Positions 43,684 through 52,450 of a stretch of DNA of 64,000 bases are shown here, in pieces (position 1 is the first letter of the stretch; each line of letters starts with the position of its first letter). Location of the stretch: positions 26,519 through 90,518 of the forward strand of contig JAITWS010000053.1 in assembly GCA_031285185.1 (NCBI GenBank). The letters run 5' to 3'. Position numbers and translations under genes: made by a program. The notes under the pieces were generated by a model, which saw only the letters and a list, made by a program, of their open reading frames with translations, searched no databases and was not told the DNA's origin. This DNA comes from Methylobacillus sp. GTDB lineage: Bacteria; Pseudomonadota; Gammaproteobacteria; Burkholderiales; Methylophilaceae.

Positions 43684-44820
43684 ATGACAGTGATCGGCAT
43701 TGTGGCGGGCGAGGCTTCCGGCGACCTGCTGGGCAGCCATTTGATACGCGCGCTCAAACACCACCGCCCCGATCTCGAATTTGTCGGTGTCGCAGGTTCC
43801 AGAATGCAGGCGGAAGGCGCGGTTTCATTATTCCCGATGGAACGTCTCGCAGTGCGCGGCTTGTTTGAAGTGCTCAAACACCTGTTCGGCATATTACGCA
43901 TACGGCGCGGTTTGCTCGCGCATTTCAAGCATCATCCGCCCGATCTTTTCATCGGCATAGACGCGCCCGATTTCAATCTCGGGCTGGAACGCAAACTCAA
44001 GGGCATGGGCATCCCGACCGTCCACTACGTCAGCCCCTCGATCTGGGCGTGGCGCAAAGGGCGCATCAACAAAATCCGGCGCGCGGTGTCGCATGTGCTC
44101 GCGCTGCTGCCGTTTGAAGCGCCGCTCTACGAAGAGGCGGGCGTGCCCGTCACCTATGTCGGCCATCCGCTCGCGGACGAATTTCCCATGCAGCCCGACC
44201 CGCTCCACGCGCGCGCGGAACTCGGTCTGCCGACCGACAAACCCATATTCGCTTTGCTGCCGGGAAGCCGTCAGAGCGAGCTGGATTATCTCGCGGATTT
44301 GTTCGTGCAAAGCGCGTTGCTGATCCGAAAACACATGCCGGAAGCGGTTTTTGTCGTACCGCTGGCGAGTCAGGAAACACGTTTGAAATTTGAAACCGCG
44401 CTCGCAAAACACCCGGCGGAAAAATCGTCGTTTCATATTCTCTCCGGCCAATCGCATCGCGCGATGGAAGCCGCCGATGCCGTCATCGTCGCCTCCGGCA
44501 CGGCCACGCTGGAAGCGGCGCTGCTAAAAAAACCCATGGTCATCACCTACCGCGTTTCGGCAGCAAGCTGGTGGCTGCTGCGACGCATGGTGCGCGTGCC
44601 GTGCGTCGGGCTGCCCAACATCCTCGCGGGCAAAGCCATCGTGCCGGAATTGTTGCAGCACGACGCGACGCCGGAAAAAATAGCGGAAGCCGCAATCAAA
44701 CTGCTCGCCGACAAAAACGCCACGGCGGAAATGCTGCGTGAATTTGAAACCATGCACGCCACCCTGCGCCGCAACACCGCCGAAAAAGCGGCGCAGGCGA
44801 TTTTGGGAATGTTGAAGTGA
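43684..44820 (+). CDS. lpxB: Lipid A disaccharide synthase
   Basis: [48 protein letters not shown]. Confidence 0.96.
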   Translation: MTVIGIVAGEASGDLLGSHLIRALKHHRPDLEFVGVAGSRMQAEGAVSLFPMERLAVRGLFEVLKHLFGILRIRRGLLAHFKHHPPDLFIGIDAPDFNLGLERKLKGMGIPTVHYVSPSIWAWRKGRINKIRRAVSHVLALLPFEAPLYEEAGVPVTYVGHPLADEFPMQPDPLHARAELGLPTDKPIFALLPGSRQSELDYLADLFVQSALLIRKHMPEAVFVVPLASQETRLKFETALAKHPAEKSSFHILSGQSHRAMEAADAVIVASGTATLEAALLKKPMVITYRVSAASWWLLRRMVRVPCVGLPNILAGKAIVPELLQHDATPEKIAEAAIKLLADKNATAEMLREFETMHATLRRNTAEKAAQAILGMLK

Positions 44821-45383
44821 AACTGATCTGCGGCGTGGACGAAGCGGGCAGGGGACCCTTGGCCGGAGCGGTCTATGCCGCCGCCGTCATCCTCGATCCC
44901 GCGAAACCTGTCGCAGGCATCGCCGATTCCAAAACGCTGTCGGAAAAAAAACGCGACACGCTCGCGCACGCCATCAAACAAAACGCGCTCGCATGGTGCA
45001 TCGCCTTCGCCAGCGTGGAAGAAATTGATCGCCTCAACATTTTGCAAGCCACGCTGCTCGCGATGAAACGCGCCGTGGAAGGCTTGCAACACGCGCCGGA
45101 TGAGGTGCTTGTTGACGGCCTGCATTGCCCCAAAGTCGCCTATCCCACGCAAGCCGTGGTGAAAGGCGACAGCAAAGTACCCGAAATCGGCGCAGCTTCC
45201 ATCCTCGCCAAAACCGCGCGCGACGAGGAAATGCAACGGCTCGCCCGCGAATATCCGCACTACGCCTTCGCCAAACACAAAGGCTATCCGACCGCCGAAC
45301 ATCTCGCGCTGCTGGAGTTGCACGGCGTTTCGGCGATCCACAGACGCAGCTACGCGCCGGTGAAAAAACTGTTGCTCAGATAA
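44817..45383 (+). CDS. rnhB: Ribonuclease HII
   Basis: [41 protein letters not shown]. Confidence 0.97.
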   Translation: MKLICGVDEAGRGPLAGAVYAAAVILDPAKPVAGIADSKTLSEKKRDTLAHAIKQNALAWCIAFASVEEIDRLNILQATLLAMKRAVEGLQHAPDEVLVDGLHCPKVAYPTQAVVKGDSKVPEIGAASILAKTARDEEMQRLAREYPHYAFAKHKGYPTAEHLALLELHGVSAIHRRSYAPVKKLLLR

Positions 45384-46333
45384 TGATTCCGCCCGCGCCG
45401 CCGCCCGCCATTTTTCTCATGGGACCCACCGCAAGCGGCAAGACCGGACTGGCGGTCGCGCTGGCGCAACGTTTTCCCGTCGAGATCATCAGCGTGGATT
45501 CCGCGCTGGTCTATCGCGGCATGGACATCGGAACCGCCAAGCCGGATGCCGCCACGCGCGCGCATACGCCGCATCATCTCGTTGACATCCTCTCGCCGGA
45601 AGCGTCCTATTCCGCCGCACAATTCCGCGCTGACGCGCTTGGCCTCATGACTGATATCACCGCGCGCGGCAAAGTGCCGCTGCTGGTCGGCGGAACAATG
45701 TTGTATTTCAAAACGCTGGAAGGCGGCATCAGCGAATTGCCGCCAGCCGACCCCGCGCTGCGGCGACAACTGGAAACGGATGCCGCGAATCACGGCTGGC
45801 CGTCCCTGCACCAACGTCTCGCCGAAATTGACCCTGCGACTGCGGCGCGACTGGAACCCGGCGACACGCAGCGTGTGCAACGCGCGCTGGAGGTTTATCT
45901 CATCTCCGGCAAACCGCTGTCGGCATATTTTGTCGAAGATCGGGAAAAACCCGAATTCCCATATCGTCTGCTCAAACTCGCCCTGCTGCCCTCCGACCGC
46001 GCCGCGCTGCATTGGCGTATCGAGCAACGCTTTGATCTCATGCTGGAACACGGCTTGGTGAATGAGCTGAAAAATTTGCGCCAGCATTACAATCTCCATC
46101 CCGGATTACCTGCCATGAAATGCGTGGGCTACCGGCAGGCATGGCAATTCCTCGAAGGCGAACTGGACAAAGCCGCCCTGCGCGAAACCGGAATCGCCGC
46201 CACCCGCCAACTCGCAAAACGCCAACTCACCTGGCTGCGCGGCATGAACGGACTGACGGAACTCGATTGCCTGAGCGGAGATTTGACCGAAAAAACGTTT
46301 GCGGCGGTTGGGGATTTTCTTCAAATCGGGTAG
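45383..46333 (+). CDS. miaA: tRNA dimethylallyltransferase
   Basis: MGPTASGKT, ISVDSALVYRGMDIGTAKP, VGGTMLYF, CVGYRQ, TRQLAKRQLTW. Confidence 0.96.
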   Translation: MIPPAPPPAIFLMGPTASGKTGLAVALAQRFPVEIISVDSALVYRGMDIGTAKPDAATRAHTPHHLVDILSPEASYSAAQFRADALGLMTDITARGKVPLLVGGTMLYFKTLEGGISELPPADPALRRQLETDAANHGWPSLHQRLAEIDPATAARLEPGDTQRVQRALEVYLISGKPLSAYFVEDREKPEFPYRLLKLALLPSDRAALHWRIEQRFDLMLEHGLVNELKNLRQHYNLHPGLPAMKCVGYRQAWQFLEGELDKAALRETGIAATRQLAKRQLTWLRGMNGLTELDCLSGDLTEKTFAAVGDFLQIG

Positions 46334-46364
46334 AGGTTGGCATCAAAATTAACCCTCTGTTTTT

Positions 46365-46378
46365 TTGATGTAAATCAT
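46365..46378 (+). promoter_or_regulatory. FNR/DNR-type box upstream of narX
   Basis: TTGAT-GTAA-ATCAT (9/10 match to TTGAT-N4-ATCAA). Confidence 0.65.
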
Positions 46379-46413
46379 GGACATGATTTAAAAACAGGCG
46401 CACCATCGTTGAC

Positions 46414-48333
46414 ATGAAGCTCAAGATCAGTCAGAAAATTACCAGTTTGCTGGTGTTTTACTTTTTGGTGGCGGTGGTGGCGATCGGTTCGACGCTGGTG
46501 GTTTCGCGGCAACTGGAGGGTAGCGCGGCGGCGATCAATGATGCGGGCAAGGAACGCATGAGGTCTTATCGCATCGCGTTTCTCATGGCGCAGCAGGTGC
46601 GGCAGCCGGAGTTGAATCTGCGTGAGGAGATCGCGGGCGAGGCGTTGCGGTTTGAGCGTACCTTGATCGAGTTGAAAAACGGCAATCCGCAGCGTCCCTT
46701 GTTTTTGCCCAAGGAGCCGCGCGTGATCGAGCAGGTGGAGGCGTTGCAATCGGCCTGGCGCGATGTGATGAGGCCGCGCATCGAGGCCATACTCGGTTCG
46801 ACTTCCGCCGGGGAGCAATCGCGTTTGCTGGCCGAATACCAGATTTCGCTTGAAAGTTTTGTCGCGGGCATAGACGGTCTCGTGGTGTTGATTGAGCGCA
46901 GCAATGCCCGCGCGACCGGCATTTTGCGGCCTTTTCAGGTCGGGTTGATTGTCGTCGCCCTGCTCGGAACGGTATTGCTCGACTATATTTTTTCGTTGCT
47001 GTTGGTGCGTCCGGTGCAACGTCTCAACGACGGTTTACGTAGCATGGGCGAGGGGAATTTCGGCGTGCGTCTCCCGGCAAAGGGCGAGGATGAGTTGAGC
47101 GAGTTGGCGCGTGGTTTCAACCAGATGGCGGAGCAGTTGCAGGATACTTACGACACGCTGGAACAGCGCATCGCGGAAAAAACGCAGCGTGTCGAGGTGA
47201 AAAACCGCGAGCTGGGCGCGCTTTACGAAGTGGCCGCGTTTCTTAACGCTTCCACCGCCGCCGAGCCGTTGTGCGATAACGTGCTGGCGCGCATGATCGC
47301 GTTGTTCAACGCGAGCGGCGGCGTGATACGACTGACCGATCCCAAGGGCGAGCAATTGAAAGTGGTCGCCGCGCGCGGCGTGTCGGAAGATTTTCTCGCG
47401 CGCGAAACCTGGCTGGACGTGGGTTCCTGCGTGTGCGGCGCGGTGGCGCGCGATGGCGTTGCGGTCAGTTCCGACCTTGCATCGCCCGCGTCGCAGACGA
47501 TGGATGCGTGCAATTGCGACGATTTCCATTCCATCGCCGCGATCCCCATACGTTCCAAACAAAACATGCTGGGGTTGCTCAATTTGTTTTTCGACACCCC
47601 GCGCATTTTGCCGCCTGCGGAAGTGCGGCTGCTGGAATCGGTCGGCCTGCATCTCGGCACGGCGATTGAAAACCAGCGGCTCGTCGCGCGCGAAAAGGAA
47701 ATGGCGATTTCCGAAGAGCGCAATCTGCTCGCGCAGGAACTGCACGACAGCATCGCGCAATCGCTGGCTTTTCTGAACATACAAGTGCAGTTGTTGCAGG
47801 AAGACCTCGGCAACCGCAAGGTCGCCAACGCGATTGAAGTGGTCGGGCAAATCCGCGAAGGCGTGCAGGAAAGTTACGACGATGTGCGTGAATTGCTGGT
47901 GCATTTCCGCACGCGGCTCGATCACGCCAATCTCGATGCCGCCATCGTCAGCGCGCTGGAGAAATTTGAAGGGCAGGTGGGCATTTCCGCGCATTATTCG
48001 CGCATCGGAGCGCCGCTGGATTTGCCGCCCGAATCGGTGTTGCAGATTTTGCACATTCTGCAGGAATCCCTCTCCAATATCCGCAAACATTCGGAGGCGA
48101 CCAACGTGGAAGTGGAACTCATCTCGGCAAACGAATGCCGCTTGACGGTGAAAGACAACGGCAAAGGTTACGACCCCGACAAAAGCGCGGGCGACACACA
48201 TGTCGGCATACGCATCATGCGCGAACGCGCGCACCGCATGGGCGGCAGCCTCGCGCTCGTCTCCGCGCCGGGGCGCGGAACCGAAGTCAGCCTCACATGG
48301 GCTGCCGCAACCATGACCACGGGGGACGCATGA
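46414..48333 (+). CDS. narX: Nitrate/nitrite sensor histidine kinase
   Basis: P-box-like AAAINDAGKERMRSYR, HAMP, GAF, HisKA_3 ERNLLAQELHDSIAQSL, DNGKG, HVGIRIMRERA. Confidence 0.9.
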   Translation: MKLKISQKITSLLVFYFLVAVVAIGSTLVVSRQLEGSAAAINDAGKERMRSYRIAFLMAQQVRQPELNLREEIAGEALRFERTLIELKNGNPQRPLFLPKEPRVIEQVEALQSAWRDVMRPRIEAILGSTSAGEQSRLLAEYQISLESFVAGIDGLVVLIERSNARATGILRPFQVGLIVVALLGTVLLDYIFSLLLVRPVQRLNDGLRSMGEGNFGVRLPAKGEDELSELARGFNQMAEQLQDTYDTLEQRIAEKTQRVEVKNRELGALYEVAAFLNASTAAEPLCDNVLARMIALFNASGGVIRLTDPKGEQLKVVAARGVSEDFLARETWLDVGSCVCGAVARDGVAVSSDLASPASQTMDACNCDDFHSIAAIPIRSKQNMLGLLNLFFDTPRILPPAEVRLLESVGLHLGTAIENQRLVAREKEMAISEERNLLAQELHDSIAQSLAFLNIQVQLLQEDLGNRKVANAIEVVGQIREGVQESYDDVRELLVHFRTRLDHANLDAAIVSALEKFEGQVGISAHYSRIGAPLDLPPESVLQILHILQESLSNIRKHSEATNVEVELISANECRLTVKDNGKGYDPDKSAGDTHVGIRIMRERAHRMGGSLALVSAPGRGTEVSLTWAAATMTTGDA

Positions 48334-48977
48334 CACCCATCCGCGTATTGATTATTGACGATCACAGCCTGTTCCGCAGCGGCATCCGCCTTGTGCTGGA
48401 ACGTCAGGACGATTTTGAACTGGTCGGTGAAGCGGGCAACGGACTCGAAGGCGTCAAGCACGCCAAGCGACTCAGCCCCGATGTCATCCTGCTCGATTTG
48501 CACATGCCAGATTTGAGCGGCCTCGAAACCATTCCGCTGTTGCAGGACGAAGCACCCGACGCGCAAATCGTCATGCTCACCGTCTCGGAAGATGCCGAAG
48601 ATTTGCTCGAAGCCCTGCGTATGGGCGCGCGCGGCTATCTTCTGAAAAACATCGAAACGGATTTTCTGTTGCAATCCATACGCCGCGCCGCCGCCGGAGA
48701 ATCCGTCATGTCGCCGCACATGACCGGCAAACTCGCCGACGCCATGCGCGCGCCGATCCGGGGCGGAGCCGACGATGTGAAACTCTCCCCGCGCGAAAAG
48801 GAAATCATCGTCAAACTCGCGCGCGGCGACAGCAACAAGGAAATCGCGCGCGAACTCAAACTGTCGGAATCCACCGTCAAAATCCATGTGCAAGGCATCC
48901 TGCGAAAACTCAACCTCGCCAGCCGCGTGCAAGCTGCGGTGTACGCGGTGGAACATGGGTTGGTCGCGGCATCGTAG
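48330..48977 (+). CDS. narL: NarL-family response regulator
   Basis: IIDDHSLFRSG, LLDLHMP, GARGYLLK, LSPREKE...SNKEIA...TVKIHVQGILRKL; ATGA overlap with narX. Confidence 0.9.
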   Translation: MTPIRVLIIDDHSLFRSGIRLVLERQDDFELVGEAGNGLEGVKHAKRLSPDVILLDLHMPDLSGLETIPLLQDEAPDAQIVMLTVSEDAEDLLEALRMGARGYLLKNIETDFLLQSIRRAAAGESVMSPHMTGKLADAMRAPIRGGADDVKLSPREKEIIVKLARGDSNKEIARELKLSESTVKIHVQGILRKLNLASRVQAAVYAVEHGLVAAS

Positions 48978-48981
48978 CATC

Positions 48982-49018
48982 GCAGGGTGGATAAACCGCG
49001 AAGCGGTGTAATCCGCCC
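48982..49018. repeat. Degenerate REP-like palindrome
   Basis: GCAG-GGTGGAT...ACCGC-GAA-GCGGT...ATCCGCCC. Confidence 0.55.
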
Positions 49019-49028
49019 TTTTTGTTTG

Positions 49029-49151
49029 AATCGCGTTGATTATGGGTAACGATGGCTTGAGCGCCACCGCCGATAGCCAGCTCAATCAAATGGTTGTCGC
49101 CCTCATCAGGCAAATTGGGATGCCAACCGTAATACACCGATACCCACCGCA
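49029..49151 (-). pseudogene. Internal fragment of a PIN-domain (VapC-like) toxin gene
   Basis: RWVSVYYGWHPNLPDEGDNHLIELAIGGGAQAIVTHNQRD matches the C-terminal half of PIN-family TA toxins; N-terminus, C-terminus and antitoxin are absent. Confidence 0.75.
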
Positions 49152-49191
49152 ATCCTGGCAAGGGCAGTACCGAAGTAAAAGCCGGGATAGT

Positions 49192-49331
49192 TGTAGGGTG
49201 GCGCTGAGCGTAGCGAAGCCCACCACCAGCGACGCAAAACAAAACCAGCATTTATTCGGGGAGTGATGGTTGATTTTGTGATTTGTTGGAGGGGGAATGG
49301 TGGGCTTCGCTACGCTCAGCGCCACCCTACA
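49192..49331. repeat. REPIN-like doublet: perfect 34-bp inverted REP pair
   Basis: TGTAGGGTGGCGCTGAGCGTAGCGAAGCCCACCA at 49192-49225 and its exact reverse complement at 49298-49331; 72-bp partly self-complementary spacer; GTAG tetranucleotide. Confidence 0.85.
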
Positions 49332-49393
49332 GCCCATCCTGCGCGGGCTGCGTTCACCGCCAACCTATGCGGGTTGTTGGGATAGGGCGATCC

Positions 49394-49421
49394 GTAGGGG
49401 CAGGTTTCAATCTCCGACCTA
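49394..49421. repeat. Third, different degenerate REP-like unit
   Basis: GTAGGGGCAGGTTTCAATCTCCGACCTA. Confidence 0.45.
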
Positions 49422-49440
49422 GTTCCAAAGAACTAGTCCT
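49420..49440. promoter_or_regulatory. Candidate NarL heptamer cluster upstream of narK1
   Basis: 7-2-7 TAGTTCC-AA-AGAACTA plus overlapping TAGTCCT; resembles TACYYMT with G at position 3. Confidence 0.4.
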
Positions 49441-49532
49441 TTTGCTTCGTCCGGGCTGGTCTTCCGGTGAATACTCGCGGGTTGGCGGCGAGGATAAGCT
49501 GTCTCCCACGAGTGATTCCAGGGAGAAGTGAG

Positions 49533-50795
49533 ATGGCTACGGAAAATTACAAGGCTTGGTCTAACGTCAGCGCGAGCACGATTGCGTTTACGGTGTGTTT
49601 CATGGTCTGGATGATGTTCGCGGTGCTCGGGATTCCGATTCAGAAAACTCTGGGATTGAACGAGACCGAGTTGGGCATTTTGCAGGCGACGCCGGTGTTG
49701 ACGGGGTCTTTGATCCGGTTGCCGCTGGGTATGTTGACCGACAAATTCGGCGGTCGCGTTGTGTTTTTCGTGTTGATGGTTTCGACCATCATTCCCATCT
49801 GGCTGATTTCCGACGGAACCGCGTATTGGCATTATCTGGTGACGGGTTTGTTCGTCGGTGTCGCGGGCGGTTCGTTCACGGTGGGAATTTCTTATTGCGC
49901 GCGCTGGTTTCCCAAGGATAGACAAGGGCTGGCGATGGGGATTTTCGGCGCGGGCAACGCGGGTTCCGCGCTGACCAAGCTGGTCGCGCCCAAGATCATC
50001 AAGGCATTTGGCTGGGCGATGGTTCCCAAGGTTTATGCGGTGGGGATGGCGATTACCGCGCTCTTGTTCTGGATGTTCACATTCGACAATCCCAAGCATC
50101 GGGAAGGCAAAAGTGTGACCGTGGGCGAGCAGCTTGCGGCGCTGAAAGATCCCAAAGTCTGGAAATACTGCCAATACTATTCGATTGTGTTCGGCGGCTA
50201 TGTGGCGCTGGCGCTTTGGATGACCAAGTATTACGTCGCCGAATACGGTTTTTCGCTGGAGACCGCCGGTTTGCTGGCGGCGTGTTTCTCGTTGCCGGGC
50301 GGAGTGTTGCGCGCGATCGGCGGTTATTACTCCGACAAATACGGCGCGCATACCACGACCTGGTGGGTGCTGTGGATTTCGATGATCTTTCTGTTTTTTC
50401 TTTCATATCCGCAGACCGATCTCAGCATACTCACCGCGAACGGCGCAAGGACTTTCCACATCGGCCTCAACTCGACCGTGTTCACGGTGCTGATGTTCTC
50501 GCTCGGCATTGCGTTCGCCATCGGCAAGGCCTCGGTATTCAAATACATCTCGGATGATTATCCGCGCAACATCGGCGTGATCTCCGGCGTGGTGGGCATG
50601 GGCGGCGGCATGGGCGGTTTCATTCTGCCCATCATGTTCGGCGCGCTGGTTGATCTCACCGGCGTGCGTTCGACCGCGTTCATGCTGCTGTTCGGCATTG
50701 TCTGGGTGTCGCTGCTGTGGATGTACTGGACGGAAGTGAGACCGGTCAAGCTGGAGCGCGGCTCCCCGACTGCCCAACAGGCAACAACCCTTTAA
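49533..50795 (+). CDS. narK1: Nitrate/nitrite MFS transporter, NarK1 type
   Basis: AFTVCFMVWMMF, RLPLGMLTDKFGGR, GIFGAGNAG, FAIGKASVFK, GGMGGF. Confidence 0.9.
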   Translation: MATENYKAWSNVSASTIAFTVCFMVWMMFAVLGIPIQKTLGLNETELGILQATPVLTGSLIRLPLGMLTDKFGGRVVFFVLMVSTIIPIWLISDGTAYWHYLVTGLFVGVAGGSFTVGISYCARWFPKDRQGLAMGIFGAGNAGSALTKLVAPKIIKAFGWAMVPKVYAVGMAITALLFWMFTFDNPKHREGKSVTVGEQLAALKDPKVWKYCQYYSIVFGGYVALALWMTKYYVAEYGFSLETAGLLAACFSLPGGVLRAIGGYYSDKYGAHTTTWWVLWISMIFLFFLSYPQTDLSILTANGARTFHIGLNSTVFTVLMFSLGIAFAIGKASVFKYISDDYPRNIGVISGVVGMGGGMGGFILPIMFGALVDLTGVRSTAFMLLFGIVWVSLLWMYWTEVRPVKLERGSPTAQQATTL

Positions 50796-50806
50796 AGGAA
50801 ACCAAA

Positions 50807-52417
50807 ATGACGACCGATATCAAAGAGTGGAACATCGAGGACGAAAAGTTCTGGGAAAGCACGGGCAGGCATGTGGCTTACCGCAATCTGTGGATTTCCA
50901 TTCCCTGCCTGCTGTGCGGGTTCGCGGTATGGATGATGTGGGGCATCATCACCGTGCAGATGTCCAATCTGGGCTTTCCGTTCAGCACGGAACAACTGTT
51001 TACGCTGACGGCGATCGCGGGGCTGGCCGGGGCGACCATGCGTATTCCCTCGTCCTTTTTCATTCGTCTCGCGGGCGGACGCAACACGATTTTTCTCACC
51101 ACCTTCATGCTGGTCACGCCCGCCGTGGGAACCGGCATCGCGTTGCAGCATCCCGACTGGCCGTTGTGGGTGTTTCAGTTGATGGCGCTGTGGTCGGGCG
51201 TGGGCGGCGGCAATTTCGCGAGTTCGATGAGCAACATCAGCACCTTTTTTCCCAAGCGTTTGCAAGGCACGGCGCTGGGGTTGAACGCGGGGCTGGGCAA
51301 TTTCGGTGTGACCACGATGCAGATTCTGATTCCGCTCGCGATGACTGCCGGAATTTTCGGCGCGCTGGGCGGCGATTCGATGGCATTGGTCAAGGATAGC
51401 GGCTGGATTTTCGGCAAGATCACCGCAGGCACGCCGACCTTCATCCAGAACGCGGGTTATGTGTGGTTGCTGCTGCTGGTTCCGCTGGCTGTGATCGCGT
51501 GGTTCCGCATGAACAATCTTCATTCCATTTCGCCCGACATCGGCGGCACGCTGGTCGCCTTTCTCAAAATCACCTGGCTTTACACGCTGGGTTTCGTTCC
51601 CACCGTGATCGGGCTTTATCTCTACCTGCCCGCGCCGACCGGCCTGGGTGTGCTCAATATGTGGGTGGCGATCGCGCTCATCATGGTGAGCACCGTGTTC
51701 GTGATGAAGCTCGCCGCCTTCGGCACGATGAAAGAGGGCGTCCAAAAGCAATTCGCGATTTTCAAAAATAAGCACACCTGGTCTATGACCATTCTTTATG
51801 TGCTCACCTTCGGTTCCTTCATTGGTTTTTCGATGGCGTTGCCGCTTTCCATCACGGTGATTTTCGGCAATCAGCATATTTATGATGCTGTGGCGCAAAC
51901 CTGGACGCACGTCAAAAATCCCGCTGCGCCTTCCGCGCTCACTTATGCGTGGATCGGCCCCTTCGTCGGCGCGTTGATCCGACCCGTGGGCGGCTGGATT
52001 TCGGATCGCGTGGGCGGCTCCATCGTCACGCAGATGATCTCGGCCATCATGGTTTTGGCCTCGGCCTATGCCGGTTTCATCATGATGCAAGCCTATCAAT
52101 CCGCCACGCCGGAAATTTATTTCACGCAGTTCCTCGTGACCTTCGTGATTCTGTTCGCGGCCTCGGGCATCGGCAACGGTTCCACCTTCCGCACCATAGG
52201 CGTGATTTTCGACCGCGTGCAAGCCGGCCCCGTGCTGGGCTGGACTTCGGCGGTGGCGGCTTATGGCTCGTTCATCGCGCCGGAAGTCATCAAGGGTCAG
52301 GTCAAGGCGGGTTCGCCGGAGCTGGCGATGTACGGATTCGCGGTGTTTTACGCGCTGTGCCTCGTGCTCAACTGGTGGTTTTATCTGCGCCCCGGCGCTG
52401 AAATCCGCAATCCGTAA
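50807..52417 (+). CDS. narK2: Nitrate/nitrite antiporter, NarK2 type
   Basis: WNIEDEKFW, RNLWISIP, GVGGGNFASSMSNISTFFPK, FGSFIGFS, GIGNGSTFR. Confidence 0.9.
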   Translation: MTTDIKEWNIEDEKFWESTGRHVAYRNLWISIPCLLCGFAVWMMWGIITVQMSNLGFPFSTEQLFTLTAIAGLAGATMRIPSSFFIRLAGGRNTIFLTTFMLVTPAVGTGIALQHPDWPLWVFQLMALWSGVGGGNFASSMSNISTFFPKRLQGTALGLNAGLGNFGVTTMQILIPLAMTAGIFGALGGDSMALVKDSGWIFGKITAGTPTFIQNAGYVWLLLLVPLAVIAWFRMNNLHSISPDIGGTLVAFLKITWLYTLGFVPTVIGLYLYLPAPTGLGVLNMWVAIALIMVSTVFVMKLAAFGTMKEGVQKQFAIFKNKHTWSMTILYVLTFGSFIGFSMALPLSITVIFGNQHIYDAVAQTWTHVKNPAAPSALTYAWIGPFVGALIRPVGGWISDRVGGSIVTQMISAIMVLASAYAGFIMMQAYQSATPEIYFTQFLVTFVILFAASGIGNGSTFRTIGVIFDRVQAGPVLGWTSAVAAYGSFIAPEVIKGQVKAGSPELAMYGFAVFYALCLVLNWWFYLRPGAEIRNP

Positions 52418-52450
52418 CAACAGCCGCGTATCTATGACAGGAGTAAAAAC

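Noticed and set aside
46500-46580. NarX P-box differs from the enteric GSLRMQSYR (here GKERMRSYR)
   Set aside because: The central nitrate-binding Arg position and SYR are retained, so there is no ground to infer a new ligand.
49192-49331. Possible CRISPR repeat-spacer unit
   Set aside because: Only two copies, in inverted orientation, and no cas genes; the pattern is a REP doublet.
48910-49531. ORFs 48910-49251, 49036-49266, 49086-49337 and 49283-49531 as real genes
   Set aside because: They read through REP palindromes and overlap narL; only the internal PIN fragment has recognisable similarity.
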